Below, piece after piece: positions 1 to 11,505 of a stretch of 64,000 bases of DNA. A model generated the notes under the pieces. It had not been told where the DNA came from. It did not search any database and saw nothing but the letters and a program-made list of their open reading frames with translations. How positions within the stretch are numbered: the first letter of the stretch is position 1; each line of letters begins with the position of its first letter. The position numbers and the translations under genes are program-made. Origin of the DNA: a phage; the sequence record PZ026127.1. One strand, given 5' to 3'.

Positions 1-1032
1 AGTACCCATATTTTTAGTTTCCGTACCAAAGTTCATACGAATACCGTTAACACCAAATTCAGCAGGTTTTGGCTGAGGTTCTGATTCAGATATCTCACCG
101 AACATAACATTTCGAACTCCGCCTTGGCCAGCCGAAGCTGTTTTTCTGGCATAAAGAGTAAAGTCTGTAGTACCTTCAGGAACCATTACTACCCGTTCAA
201 ATGTCATCCATGCACCAGCAGGAACGTTGGAAGGAACGTCCATATTAACTGTCCCAGTTAAAGCACCTGAGGCATTAAAAAATCTAACAGACATCTGAGA
301 AGTCCCTACGTCTTTTAAAGCTTGGTCGCGCATTAATTGAAACTTAAGGTAAAAGAATTCACCTGGTTTCATATTATAATCTGTTAATGGGGTGGTAGGA
401 GATTCGGTAGGAAATCGCTTAATTTCATCTCCATCATTGCTTAGATAAGTGCTTTCGTCTTCAACAATTCTGACAGGATATCCTGTACCACCGACATCAC
501 TGATATCATCAAATACCACTTCCAATGGAGTAGAAACATCTTCGACCAATACCCCATCATTATAAAGCACATGTTCCATTACTATAGCATTCCTTCCTGA
601 AACATAAAATGCCGAATAAGACGGCTCGAAGCGGTCTATTAGCCATTTAGATGGAAATGCGGTACTTCCTGCTGCACGGAACCAATCGATAAGTTTTTGT
701 GAAGCATTTAATCTACCAGAAGATACTAAACAAACTATTCTATTAGCCGGTATAGAATTTATATACGTTATAAAAGCTTCAGAAATAACATCAAAATCTT
801 TTGTAAAACTATAAGTTTTGTTAGCCACTATTTTGGGTTCAGCACTAACATCAATTTCTATAAGGTTTAATCCATTTTGAAAATTCTGGGAACCGAAGTT
901 CCCATCTTGAAATTTAACATATGCTTTTGTGGTAGACTTAGTACAACTACCCGCTATACTAAGTTTATACCTTACAGCATTGTTTTCAGATAATGTAGGA
1001 ACCTGGACATATCCTTGTCCAAATTCTGCCAT
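1..1032 (-). CDS. 35: long tail fibre hinge connector gp35 (partial; C-terminus beyond window start)
   Basis: ATG at 1030-1032 on minus strand; translation starts MAEFGQGYVQVPTLSENNAVRYKLSIAGSCTKSTTKAYVKFQDG and stays open as far as hand-translated (about 40 codons); continuation to the window edge not verified; lies downstream of gene 34 as in T4. Confidence 0.75.
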   Translation of the reverse strand, partial: MAEFGQGYVQVPTLSENNAVRYKLSIAGSCTKSTTKAYVKFQDGNFGSQNFQNGLNLIEIDVSAEPKIVANKTYSFTKDFDVISEAFITYINSIPANRIVCLVSSGRLNASQKLIDWFRAAGSTAFPSKWLIDRFEPSYSAFYVSGRNAIVMEHVLYNDGVLVEDVSTPLEVVFDDISDVGGTGYPVRIVEDESTYLSNDGDEIKRFPTESPTTPLTDYNMKPGEFFYLKFQLMRDQALKDVGTSQMSVRFFNASGALTGTVNMDVPSNVPAGAWMTFERVVMVPEGTTDFTLYARKTASAGQGGVRNVMFGEISESEPQPKPAEFGVNGIRMNFGTETKNMGT

Positions 1033-1052
1033 AAATCTTTCCATAATACCTC

Positions 1053-4000
1053 TTATTCAATCCACTCAAACTTAACGGATTTAGTGACCGGGTCAGGAAT
1101 AATACGCACGTTACCAATACGTAACCAATCAAGGATTGTAATGTTTTTCATGGTAGCATTATCTGCAGGTAAAGCACCCACGTCATTGGCTGTAGGCGGG
1201 TTAGCTGCTGTATAAACCATAGCAAAATCCGTCCACTCATTTTTATTTTTCTGCCAAGTACGTGTATAACGAATAGTACCACCATTCAGTCCTGTAGGGT
1301 AACATATCCAATCTTGATAACATGAATCCAAGGTATTGCCAAACTGGGTTAACGTACCAGGGTATTTAATTTCATTTTTATCTCTATCAAAGAAATCAAA
1401 CCATTGGCCTCTAAGCTTTTCATCATTAGAGCCTAAAACTGGGGCTCCTTCAGTACCATCCTCATTCAGATAATGTATTTCAGGCGAATCAAAAGTTCCA
1501 TCTAACGTCAACCAACCTGTAGCTTTCCAATCTCCATCCGTTACTGAAGGCGGCTTGGTCTGAATTGTATCAATAGTTATATGACGACGTAATATCATTC
1601 TATGATAACCCGGGAACTTACTATAAGTAGCCTCGTCACTGATATCAACAGACCAGAAGCCAACTGTTTCTGCAGTAGGAGCTTGCTCGATAAGACTTGG
1701 CTTAGTACCAAATGCACGAACTGGAGCATTAACACGGAGAACACCTGTCATTGTGTCGCCGGCCTGGTTAACAAAGTTCCGGTCTACAATTTCTACAGCG
1801 TTTTTCTCGGTCAGAACTTTATAAGCACCGCCACCATTAGCTACGATATTTCCTGCATCTAATGTTTTAAGAACCAAATTCTGAGAATTATCGCCTAAAG
1901 ACAATGTAGCACCAGAAGATTCACCTGTGGTGGTTGCGATGGTTCTTCCATTCAGGACAAAGTTATTTTTGGCCTGGACATCATTCCCAGCACTAAGGTT
2001 ATTCAGAGCAGCCACATTACCTGTAGCGGTGTTCATAGTCAATACGTTAGTCGTATCACCAATGGTTAATGTAGTTCCTGTAGATGGAGCTGTTATTTTC
2101 CATTTATTGGTTCCGTTAACAACGTTCACTGTGCCAAAGGTAGAATTCGTAGCTGTAACATCCGTAAATGTAGCAGTACTAGAAGACACCAGAGGAGCTG
2201 CCAGGTTCAATTGTTTGGTCAGGGTTAAAGAACCATTAACCGTTTGGTCGACGTCTCTACGAATGAACTGGAGTGAATCTAGGCCATCCAATTTCTCGGA
2301 GTTCACAGCCGTAGCATTTATAGGTAAAAAGTTCTGTAAAGTTTTATTCATCTCGTAAGATGAAACCGCATAACCCGTTTTAGGGTAGTTAGCTGCGTTC
2401 AGAACAGTATCATCGTTCTCGTAAAGGCCTGTGCCTGAGTTAAATTTAACACCGGAACCGGTAACTTTATTTCCTGAATGGGTTAAAGCACCTTCGGTTA
2501 GTTTAACAAATCCACGACGAAGTGCAGTAGCTTCCCAAGTGGTTTCGGTCTGTACTACATATTTTAAACCAGAAGGGCTTACAGCCAGAACTTTAGAAGT
2601 TCCTGCAGTTGTTTCGGTATTCGTTGCAACACGAATAATACCTTCAGAACTTTCAGTAGATTTTTTAGAATGCAATTTCAAAGGAGTGATGATAGTTTTA
2701 TCATCGGTACCAACGTTGACTTCGGTCTGGGTTGCCAGGCGAGCAGTACCACGTTGAGTCTCATTTGCTTCTCTAATATCTAGTGTATAATGGTTCCATA
2801 AGGTTCCTGATTCAACCAAACCACTGGCTGCTGAGACAGAAGTTCTAGCAGTATCATTAAATCTTGTTTTAACTTTCAACGGAGTTGAAATAACATTATC
2901 TAACGTACCAGCATCAAATTCTACCTGTGTTGCAATTCTAGCAATACCAGTCAATCCTTCCGTAGCTTTCCTATCATTTAACGTTTTAGGCGTTACTGCA
3001 CGAGTATAATCTGTTCCAGTATCAGTTTCCTGTTGCGTAGCAATTTCAATTAACCCTGTACGAGTATCAAGAGCCACACGAGCATGTAATGTTTCAGGAG
3101 AAACAGCACTGTTGGCAAATCCACTTGCAGTTTGACCTGCGTTAACTTCAGATTGGTTAGAAAGATATACCGTACCCTGTTGAACTTGGGTAGCTTTATA
3201 CTGGTCAAGAGCTTTAGGAGAAATAACCAAATTGCCTACGTTCTTATTATAAACGTTAGTACCTACGGTGTCCCTAGCAGTCGCAGGAGCGGTTCCTACA
3301 GTAGAGGTATATGTTACAATACCTGAAAGACTTTCCGAACCCTGGCGCGCTTGTAGCTTCTTAGGAGTGATGATTGTAGTATCATCTGTACCCGTGTTAG
3401 TTTCAACTTGCGTAGCAATTTCAGCAACACCACGACGAGTTTCGGTTGCAGTACGTTCGTTTAATTTCTTAGGAGAAATAATCAAATCGTCCTGGAATGC
3501 GAAGGTTGTGTCCTGGTTCACCTGAGCAGTAGTAGCAATACGAGCAATACCACGACGAGATTCAGTCGCCACACGATTAGCTAAAGTCTGCGGAGTAATT
3601 GCCAGTTCTTTTTCAGGATTATTTTCATGGTCAACGTTTGCTTGAGTCTGGGACGCAAGGGCAATAACACCTAAACGAGCACGAGTTAAATCATCTTTAG
3701 AATCCACACGTTCTATAGTAGGAACGTTCTGGGCAACAACCCAATATTTGCCACCTGTAGTGGTGTCTTCGATATAACTCAGTTCAATAACCGGAGTATA
3801 ACTTATATTGCCATTAAAGGTCAGTACGTCATTCAATACCCATTCGGTTTCTGGTGGATATTCTGAACGTTTAGGGAATTGAAGCAACTGGACGGATGAA
3901 GCAATCTTATCTCCTACGGCAGCCTTAATATTTACTGTCTGAGCTTTACGGAGATAGTTCAGAGCAATCTTAACGACATCACCCTGGGCCACACCGGTAG

Positions 4001-5024
4001 GTAATGTGATATTAATTGTCTGGGGTGTCGTGTTATTAGGACCAAAAACAATAACACTTTCGTTAGCCAAGAGTTCAACATCGTCACGAATTACACGTAA
4101 ACGAGTTTGAAGGTCGCCGTCCCAAACATACCATAATTTTTCGTTAGAGTTATAAACGAAGAATCCATCGCCTGAGGTACGGAATTCCATGCTATGCTGA
4201 TCAGGTTTACCTAATGCAGACGAAGCATCAAACGTTTCAACGATTAAGTGGAACTTACTTCCTAAACCATCGATATCAACGGTTTTAATCATATCACCTT
4301 GGTTCGCATACTTAGGAAGAGTAAACTTAATTACTGCACCTGAAGTATAACGACGGAGAACATTATCACCGGCTTGAGCTTGGAACTGAGCGGTGTTCGG
4401 TTCTACACGAATACCACGTTCTTCGTTACCAGCTTCCCAGAAATGCCAAAGACGGTTAGCAAAGATAAGCATGTTATAAGAAAAAGGCTTCGTAATTAAG
4501 GTCTCAGTAAACTGATTACCAAAACGAACAATTTTCTGGTTACCGCCACCAGGAGCAGAACTAGACTGAACCTTTATTTCGTTATAACCAACACGTCCAC
4601 CGATATCTTTAATTACAACGGTATCGCCGTCTGTAGGGTTAGGAGGCAAGGTAAATGTAGTAAAGCTAGCAGCGGAATCCACCGCAATATATTCACCAGA
4701 AGCCAGTTGGCGTGTAGGAGATGCTACGGTAATCCATTTAGGGTCCGTACGGGTAGCGGTCCAATAACCAGGTACAAAGGTTCCTGCCGGAGCATCGATA
4801 TCACGTTGAGCAACCCAGATACGTTGGTCATGGATTACGGCGAACCCTTTCTTATATCCACGCGTCTCGTCGTACGCCTGGATGGTGTTCTCATCTATAA
4901 AGAATTCAACGTTGACGCCGTCGTCTAATACATTGTAATCGGCTTTGGCAACATTGATAACTTTCTCGCCTGCAGCATCGAGTCCGGATGTAGCACGGAA
5001 GGCAGGTTTTAAAATATCGGCCAT
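1053..5024 (-). CDS. 34: long tail fibre proximal subunit gp34
   Basis: 1323-aa ORF; N-terminus MADILKPAFRATSGLDAAGEKVINV and overall organisation match T4 gp34 from memory; internal phage-fibre repeats. Confidence 0.93.
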   Translation of the reverse strand: MADILKPAFRATSGLDAAGEKVINVAKADYNVLDDGVNVEFFIDENTIQAYDETRGYKKGFAVIHDQRIWVAQRDIDAPAGTFVPGYWTATRTDPKWITVASPTRQLASGEYIAVDSAASFTTFTLPPNPTDGDTVVIKDIGGRVGYNEIKVQSSSAPGGGNQKIVRFGNQFTETLITKPFSYNMLIFANRLWHFWEAGNEERGIRVEPNTAQFQAQAGDNVLRRYTSGAVIKFTLPKYANQGDMIKTVDIDGLGSKFHLIVETFDASSALGKPDQHSMEFRTSGDGFFVYNSNEKLWYVWDGDLQTRLRVIRDDVELLANESVIVFGPNNTTPQTINITLPTGVAQGDVVKIALNYLRKAQTVNIKAAVGDKIASSVQLLQFPKRSEYPPETEWVLNDVLTFNGNISYTPVIELSYIEDTTTGGKYWVVAQNVPTIERVDSKDDLTRARLGVIALASQTQANVDHENNPEKELAITPQTLANRVATESRRGIARIATTAQVNQDTTFAFQDDLIISPKKLNERTATETRRGVAEIATQVETNTGTDDTTIITPKKLQARQGSESLSGIVTYTSTVGTAPATARDTVGTNVYNKNVGNLVISPKALDQYKATQVQQGTVYLSNQSEVNAGQTASGFANSAVSPETLHARVALDTRTGLIEIATQQETDTGTDYTRAVTPKTLNDRKATEGLTGIARIATQVEFDAGTLDNVISTPLKVKTRFNDTARTSVSAASGLVESGTLWNHYTLDIREANETQRGTARLATQTEVNVGTDDKTIITPLKLHSKKSTESSEGIIRVATNTETTAGTSKVLAVSPSGLKYVVQTETTWEATALRRGFVKLTEGALTHSGNKVTGSGVKFNSGTGLYENDDTVLNAANYPKTGYAVSSYEMNKTLQNFLPINATAVNSEKLDGLDSLQFIRRDVDQTVNGSLTLTKQLNLAAPLVSSSTATFTDVTATNSTFGTVNVVNGTNKWKITAPSTGTTLTIGDTTNVLTMNTATGNVAALNNLSAGNDVQAKNNFVLNGRTIATTTGESSGATLSLGDNSQNLVLKTLDAGNIVANGGGAYKVLTEKNAVEIVDRNFVNQAGDTMTGVLRVNAPVRAFGTKPSLIEQAPTAETVGFWSVDISDEATYSKFPGYHRMILRRHITIDTIQTKPPSVTDGDWKATGWLTLDGTFDSPEIHYLNEDGTEGAPVLGSNDEKLRGQWFDFFDRDKNEIKYPGTLTQFGNTLDSCYQDWICYPTGLNGGTIRYTRTWQKNKNEWTDFAMVYTAANPPTANDVGALPADNATMKNITILDWLRIGNVRIIPDPVTKSVKFEWIE
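2627..3542 (-). repeat. about six tandem phage tail-fibre repeat units inside gp34 (TPxxLxxRxATExxxGIxxIATxxE...GTD)
   Basis: repeated peptide motif read in the gp34 translation (ATESRRGIARIATTAQ, ATETRRGVAEIATQVE, ALDTRTGLIEIATQQE, ATEGLTGIARIATQVE, ANETQRGTARLATQTE, STESSEGIIRVATNTE); nucleotide coordinates approximate. Confidence 0.55.
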
Positions 5025-5056
5025 TTTATTTCCTTTTCGTTTTCAGGGTATAGAAC

Positions 5057-5064
5057 TATTTATA
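5057..5064 (-). promoter_or_regulatory. late promoter (TATAAATA on minus strand) for gene 34
   Basis: plus-strand TATTTATA about 33 nt upstream of the gp34 ATG. Confidence 0.6.
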
Positions 5065-5071
5065 GCAAGAT

Positions 5072-5100
5072 GTTTACTTCCTTAAAACCCATGATATAAT
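5072..5100 (+). promoter_or_regulatory. T4-type early promoter upstream of rnh
   Basis: GTTTAC (5072-5077), 17-nt spacer, TATAAT (5095-5100). Confidence 0.55.
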
Positions 5101-5131
5101 GGACCTCTCAACTACTTGAACAGAGGTTCAT

Positions 5132-6079
5132 ATGAACGATTTAGATTTTTTACTTCCTGAAGAAGACCAACAAAAAGATGGATTTTTACTCCTAGATTTC
5201 AGCCAAATCATTATGGCTGCGGCTTTCCAAGAGTTTGGTGAGAATGCTGGATTTCCTAAAGTAACTACAGCAATGCTTCGACACCTCGTGTTGAATTCAA
5301 TTAAGAAAAACATTAAAGACTTTAAAAAACAAGGTTACAGCCAACTGGTTATTTGTGTTGACAACTCTAAATCAGGTTATTGGCGTCGTCGCTATTCACC
5401 TTATTATAAGAAAAACCGTGCTAAGGCTCGTGAAGAATCATTATTTGATTGGGAAGGCTTATTTACGGCAATGCATATTATTGTTGATGAGCTTGAACAT
5501 AACATGCCTTATATTGTTATGAACATCGATACTGTCGAGGCCGATGACCATATTGCTGTTTTAACCCGAATCCTCACGGCTTTAGGCCATCCTGTTATGA
5601 TCGGTTCTTCGGATGGTGACTTTACCCAGCTCCATAAATTCCCTGGGGTAAAACAATGGTCTCCAATGCAGAAAAAATTCGTCAAAACAAAATCTGGCGA
5701 TTCATTGCTTGATTGCGTGACTAAGGTTGTTAAAGGTGACCGTAAAGATAACGTCGCGAGTATTAAAGTTCGTGGTGATTACTGGTTGACGATGGTTGAA
5801 GGCGAACGTACTCCTAGCACTCGTGCCAAGGAACTTGAAGCAATTGCTCTGAATTATTATGACCATGATATAATTAAAACACTTCTTACTGAAGAACAAT
5901 ATGAACGTTTCTGTGAAAACCAAATCTTAATTGATATGGACTTTATTCCAGATGATATTGTTGCTTTAATTACTGAAAGATATAATACGTATAACAAACC
6001 TTCGAAATCTAAAGTCTATCCTTATTTCGTTAAATCTGGTTTGTCTAAACTAACCGCTACAGTAGCTGATTTTTATTAA
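5132..6079 (+). CDS. rnh: RNase H (5'-3' exonuclease / flap endonuclease)
   Basis: 315 aa; conserved blocks HLVLNSIK, CVDNSKSGYWRR, YYKKNRAKAREES, EADDHIAVL, SSDGDFTQLHK, KDNVASIKVR match T4 RNase H. Confidence 0.95.
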   Translation: MNDLDFLLPEEDQQKDGFLLLDFSQIIMAAAFQEFGENAGFPKVTTAMLRHLVLNSIKKNIKDFKKQGYSQLVICVDNSKSGYWRRRYSPYYKKNRAKAREESLFDWEGLFTAMHIIVDELEHNMPYIVMNIDTVEADDHIAVLTRILTALGHPVMIGSSDGDFTQLHKFPGVKQWSPMQKKFVKTKSGDSLLDCVTKVVKGDRKDNVASIKVRGDYWLTMVEGERTPSTRAKELEAIALNYYDHDIIKTLLTEEQYERFCENQILIDMDFIPDDIVALITERYNTYNKPSKSKVYPYFVKSGLSKLTATVADFY

Positions 6080-6089
6080 GGTGAATATA

Positions 6090-6359
6090 ATGGCTAAAGA
6101 AAAAGTGAAAGTTGAATTCAATCAAGAAGAACATGGTAACACATTGGCACAACTGATTAAGTCGGCTTCTGATACTAAATTAAAAATGGAAGCTTACGGT
6201 GACGAAATTAAAGATATCAAAGACCGTGCTAAGACTGAACTTGGTGTAGACGGTAAAATGTTTAACCAACTGTTCTCTCTGTACCATAAAGGCACTCGTG
6301 AACGTTTCGAAGACGAAAAAACTGAAGTGGTAGAACTGTATGACACAATCTTTGAATGA
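6090..6359 (+). CDS. dsbA: dsDNA-binding protein DsbA
   Basis: 89 aa from ATG 6090 (track start 6081 is GTG); AGGTGA Shine-Dalgarno upstream; ELGVDGKMFNQLFSLYHK...VVELYDTIFE resembles T4 DsbA; sits between rnh and 33. Confidence 0.8.
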   Translation: MAKEKVKVEFNQEEHGNTLAQLIKSASDTKLKMEAYGDEIKDIKDRAKTELGVDGKMFNQLFSLYHKGTRERFEDEKTEVVELYDTIFE

Positions 6360-6642
6360 TTTTGATGGAGCGGTTAATACCGCTTCCGAACCTGTCCATG
6401 TGCTCGTAAACAAACAACAGAATGGCCTTGATATTGAGGCCTTTGTTGAAGCTGAAGGTTGTAGTTACCTCGAAGCGGCTACCGCATGGTTGGAAGAGAA
6501 CAGCATCCCTGAAGGTAACTTTGCTCGTTATTTGCCTGCAGGAATTATTGATAAAATTATGAACGAAGCCATTGATGATAACTTGCTTCGACCTTCAATG
6601 GCTCGAACGCAAAAAACTAATACTCTGGATTTCTTGTTATGA
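6340..6642 (+). CDS. 33: late transcription accessory protein gp33
   Basis: 100 aa; FVEAEGCSYLEAATAWLEENSIPE and C-terminal KTNTLDFLL match T4 gp33; overlaps dsbA stop. Confidence 0.85.
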   Translation: MTQSLNDFDGAVNTASEPVHVLVNKQQNGLDIEAFVEAEGCSYLEAATAWLEENSIPEGNFARYLPAGIIDKIMNEAIDDNLLRPSMARTQKTNTLDFLL

Positions 6643-7292
6643 TTAAGATTCGCATGCCACCAAACAATAACCGTATGGTGAATGGTAAGAGCGTATATTC
6701 ACTATACTTAATGCTCAAACATCACTTCAATGCCAAATACGACGTTATAAAATATAACTGGGTCATGCGAATCTCTGATACGGCTTATCAAAAACGTCGT
6801 GACAAATATTTCTTTGAGAAATTGAGTGATAAATACACTTTGAAAGAGCTTGCTCTTATTTTCATGAGTAACTTGGTGGCTAACCAAGACGCATGGATTG
6901 GCGACATCAGTGATGCCGACGCCTTAGTCTTTTACCGAGAATATATCGGTAGACTTAAAAGAATAAAACAAGTTTTTGAGGATGATATCAAAAACATCTA
7001 TTATTTCAGTAAGAAAGTGGAAGTTAAAGCGCTTTCTGAAATTTTTGATTATAATAAAAAAGTTAACTCGAGCTATATTTTTAAGCTCCTTCAATCGAAT
7101 GTTATTTCATTCGAAACGTTTATTTTGCTTGATTCATTTATGGATATAATTGATAAACATGATGAACAGACCAACGATTTAGTGTGGTCTAAGTATTCGA
7201 CTAAATTAAATGCTTATAAGAAAATTCTTATAATCGATAATTTAGAAGCTCGTAAATTGTTCATTGAAACTATCAAATCTTGTAAGTTTTAA
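6639..7292 (+). CDS. 59: helicase loader gp59
   Basis: 217 aa; MIKIRMP...GKSVYSLYLMLKHH...KYNWVMRISDTAYQKRRDKYFFEKL matches T4 gp59 (same length). Confidence 0.93.
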   Translation: MIKIRMPPNNNRMVNGKSVYSLYLMLKHHFNAKYDVIKYNWVMRISDTAYQKRRDKYFFEKLSDKYTLKELALIFMSNLVANQDAWIGDISDADALVFYREYIGRLKRIKQVFEDDIKNIYYFSKKVEVKALSEIFDYNKKVNSSYIFKLLQSNVISFETFILLDSFMDIIDKHDEQTNDLVWSKYSTKLNAYKKILIIDNLEARKLFIETIKSCKF

Positions 7293-7381
7293 TGCTTCAA
7301 ACCAACTGTGTTAATATACTAACTCAATCTGTTAAAAACTGTTAATAAAATATAACTGCTAAATCTGCTAAGGTAAATAAT
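7293..7381 (+). promoter_or_regulatory. MotA-dependent middle promoter plus candidate gene 32 translational operator (AT-rich leader)
   Basis: MotA-box-like TGCTTCA (7293-7299), about 12 nt, TAATAT; leader carries repeated CTGTTAA / CTGCTAA elements before the gene 32 ATG. Confidence 0.45.
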
Positions 7382-8287
7382 ATGTTTAAACGTAAAGACC
7401 CTTCCCAACTGGCTGCTCAACTGTCTGCAATGAAAGGTGGTTCTTCTTTCTCTTCCGATGATAAAGCTGAATGGAAATTGAAAGATGACAATGGCGTTGG
7501 TACTGCGGTAATTCGTTTCCTACCTTCGAAAAACGAAGAAAATCCATCTCCATTCATTAAGCTCGTTAACCACGGCTTTAAGAAAAATGGTCAATGGTAC
7601 ATTGAAAACTGTACGTCTACACACGGTGATTTCGATTCATGTCCTGTATGTAAATACATGAACCAGAATGATACCTTTAATACTAATAATGCCGAATACA
7701 AACTGATGAAACGTAAAACTTCCTTCTGGGCTAACATCCTTGTTATTAAGGATAGTGCAGTGCCTGCTAACGAAGGTAAAGTGTTTAAATTCCGTTTCGG
7801 TCAGAAAATTATGGATAAAATCAACCAGATGGTTGAAGTTGATACCGATATTGGTGAAGTGCCGGTTGACGTAACATGTCCGTTTGATGGTGCGAACTTC
7901 GTACTGAAATCTAAGAAAGTTGGCGACTTCAAGAACTATGACGATTCCAAATTCATGGGTCAGTCTGAAATTCCTAACATCAATGATGAAGCTTACCAAG
8001 CTAAATTGATGGAAGAAATGCACGACCTTTCTAAACTGCTCGATTTCAAATCATTCGAAACTAACGAAGCCAAGTTTAAGAAAGTTGTTGGTACAGCTGC
8101 TCTTGGTGGTGCTGCCGCTAAAGCTTCTGCAGCCGCTGATAAGATTGGTGATGACCTGGACGCATTCAGTGCAGACCTTGATGCATATGATTCTAAACCA
8201 TCTACACCGACTCGTTCCACTACTCCTGAGCCGTCAGTAAGTCCTTCTGATGACGATGGTCTGGACGACCTGTTAGCTGGTCTATAA
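7382..8287 (+). CDS. 32: single-stranded DNA-binding protein gp32
   Basis: 301 aa; MFKRK...[12 protein letters not shown]...[15 protein letters not shown]...[13 protein letters not shown]...[16 protein letters not shown] and acidic C-terminus [12 protein letters not shown] match T4 gp32. Confidence 0.97.
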   Translation: MFKRKDPSQLAAQLSAMKGGSSFSSDDKAEWKLKDDNGVGTAVIRFLPSKNEENPSPFIKLVNHGFKKNGQWYIENCTSTHGDFDSCPVCKYMNQNDTFNTNNAEYKLMKRKTSFWANILVIKDSAVPANEGKVFKFRFGQKIMDKINQMVEVDTDIGEVPVDVTCPFDGANFVLKSKKVGDFKNYDDSKFMGQSEIPNINDEAYQAKLMEEMHDLSKLLDFKSFETNEAKFKKVVGTAALGGAAAKASAAADKIGDDLDAFSADLDAYDSKPSTPTRSTTPEPSVSPSDDDGLDDLLAGL

Positions 8288-8303
8288 GTTATTGATTTAT
8301 AAT

Positions 8304-8328
8304 GGGAAGACTTCGGTCTTCCCTTTTT
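8304..8328 (+). terminator. rho-independent terminator after gene 32 (CUUCGG hairpin)
   Basis: GGGAAGACTTCGGTCTTCCC followed by TTTTT. Confidence 0.75.
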
Positions 8329-8339
8329 GGCATTTAATG

Positions 8340-8368
8340 GTTTACAACGCCTTTAAACATGATACTAT
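8340..8368 (+). promoter_or_regulatory. T4-type early promoter cassette
   Basis: GTTTAC, 17-nt spacer, TACTAT, then AGACCTATCAACTA and a GAGGA Shine-Dalgarno. Confidence 0.6.
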
Positions 8369-8397
8369 AGACCTATCAACTACATGAGGAAATAAAA

Positions 8398-8787
8398 ATG
8401 GAAATCGGTAAAACTTATGAACTTCGTCCTGAATGCATTAAAGACTTTATTGAAATGGACGAATATGAAAATAATAAAAGCATGGTCGGCCTTATCCAAG
8501 ACAACGGCGGTTGGTTTGAAGTAAAGGATATGGTGACTATGGATGGCGACAAATTTGTGACTGAAATCGAATGCGCCAACGGCGAGATTTATAATGAAGT
8601 TGGGTTGGTGCCAAATTATTTTGAGTTGCATGAAGACGAGTTCTATTGCTTCCGTGAATATGTTGTGGAAGATAAAGAAATCGATGAGCCTATTGCTAAG
8701 GCCGGTGTGACTCAAATCCATTGCATTGTCACCGAACAGAACGTTGACCAAATCATTGAACTTTTGCAAAAAACTTTTAAGGCCTAA
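8398..8787 (+). CDS. hypothetical protein (129 aa)
   Basis: ORF with Shine-Dalgarno directly after an early promoter; no recognisable domain. Confidence 0.6.
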   Translation: MEIGKTYELRPECIKDFIEMDEYENNKSMVGLIQDNGGWFEVKDMVTMDGDKFVTEIECANGEIYNEVGLVPNYFELHEDEFYCFREYVVEDKEIDEPIAKAGVTQIHCIVTEQNVDQIIELLQKTFKA

Positions 8788-8788
8788 T

Positions 8789-9049
8789 ATGACTAAAGAT
8801 GATTTCCTGGATGCAGTAGAAAAAGCCAGTGAGAAATTTGAAGTGATGGGTGTACGAGTTCATAAAGACCGAAATTACGGGCTCGATATCCAAACTTATT
8901 CATTATGGCTTGTAGGTGAACATAGTCTTGTAACCACCTTAGTTATGGGTGTTGATGCCCAACCTTTACTGGTTAAATTTAGAAGTATGGAAAAAGCTAC
9001 CAAAGAAATGATTAAACTTGGTAAATGGCTTGATAAAATTCAAAAATAA
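8789..9049 (+). CDS. hypothetical protein (86 aa)
   Basis: ATG 8789 one nt after the upstream stop (coupled); track start 8726 is an overlapping extension. Confidence 0.5.
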   Translation: MTKDDFLDAVEKASEKFEVMGVRVHKDRNYGLDIQTYSLWLVGEHSLVTTLVMGVDAQPLLVKFRSMEKATKEMIKLGKWLDKIQK

Positions 9050-9051
9050 AT

Positions 9052-9080
9052 GTTTACAACGCCTTTAAACATGATACTAT
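9052..9080 (+). promoter_or_regulatory. T4-type early promoter cassette (near-identical copy of 8340-8368)
   Basis: GTTTACAACGCCTTTAAACATGATACTATAGACCTATCAACTAATGAG duplicated. Confidence 0.6.
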
Positions 9081-9112
9081 AGACCTATCAACTAATGAGT
9101 GAGGAAAATAAA

Positions 9113-9340
9113 ATGGCTAAGGTTAATATTGATATCGTTGATTTTGAATACACTTACGAAGTTATCCGTAATCGTTATCCTTCTTTAGTTATGACCCATA
9201 TTAAAGATACTCAATTCTGTAGTATGCAAATTGAAGTCCAAGGTCCTCTTGAAGACCTTACCCGCTTTATGGCTGACGAGTATTGTGACGGTATGCACCC
9301 GGAAGACGCTAAATTTTATATGGGCTTAATTCAAAAATAA
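9113..9340 (+). CDS. hypothetical protein (75 aa)
   Basis: ATG 9113 preceded by GAGGAAAA; track start 9095 lies inside the leader. Confidence 0.55.
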   Translation: MAKVNIDIVDFEYTYEVIRNRYPSLVMTHIKDTQFCSMQIEVQGPLEDLTRFMADEYCDGMHPEDAKFYMGLIQK

Positions 9341-9370
9341 GTTTACACCAGGCTATGGTAGTGATACTAT
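9341..9370 (+). promoter_or_regulatory. T4-type early promoter cassette
   Basis: GTTTAC, 18-nt spacer, TACTAT; the -10 sits in the loop of stem GGCTAT/ATAGCC. Confidence 0.55.
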
Positions 9371-9395
9371 AGCCTTATCAACTAAGGAGAATAAA

Positions 9396-11084
<1,689 letters not shown>

Positions 11085-11145
11085 AAATTCAAATAATCTG
11101 TACTCTGTTTTTGGTTATTATGGTCGGGCTGAATTTGGTGCTATA

Positions 11146-11439
11146 ATGAGAGTCTGTAGAGTTGTTAACAAGTATAAAGAAGATTTTGATGTCAACATCC
11201 AACGTGGAACTATGTGGGGTAATCCATTTAAAGATGGAACCCGCGAGGAAAACATCAAGAACTTTAAAGAATACTTTATTGCTAAAATAAAATCGGGCGA
11301 AATTAAAAGAGAACATCTTGAAACCCTTAGAGGTATGCGTATAGCGTGTACCTGTAAACCTAAGGACTGTCATGGGGATGTGATAGCCTTGATTGTTAAC
11401 AAACTTTTCAAAGACACGTTCTCATTAGAAGACCTATAA
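11146..11439 (+). CDS. hypothetical protein, possibly DUF4326-like (97 aa)
   Basis: ORF between td and nrdA; GNPF motif recalled for DUF4326; no clear Shine-Dalgarno, start uncertain. Confidence 0.45.
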   Translation: MRVCRVVNKYKEDFDVNIQRGTMWGNPFKDGTREENIKNFKEYFIAKIKSGEIKREHLETLRGMRIACTCKPKDCHGDVIALIVNKLFKDTFSLEDL

Positions 11440-11475
11440 ATATCAGTCCATGCTTAACAGGTTCTATGATAGAAT
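11435..11475 (+). promoter_or_regulatory. late (TATAAATA) plus middle (MotA box) promoters upstream of nrdA
   Basis: TATAAATA 11435-11442; TGCTTAA 11451-11457, 12-nt spacer, TAGAAT 11470-11475. Confidence 0.5.
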
Positions 11476-11505
11476 AATTGTAGAACCTAACATATTGAGG
11501 AAATT

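Noticed and set aside
1602-3525. Several 64-143-aa plus-strand ORFs inside gene 34
   Set aside because: All lie antisense within the 1323-aa tail fibre gene and have no promoter or Shine-Dalgarno.
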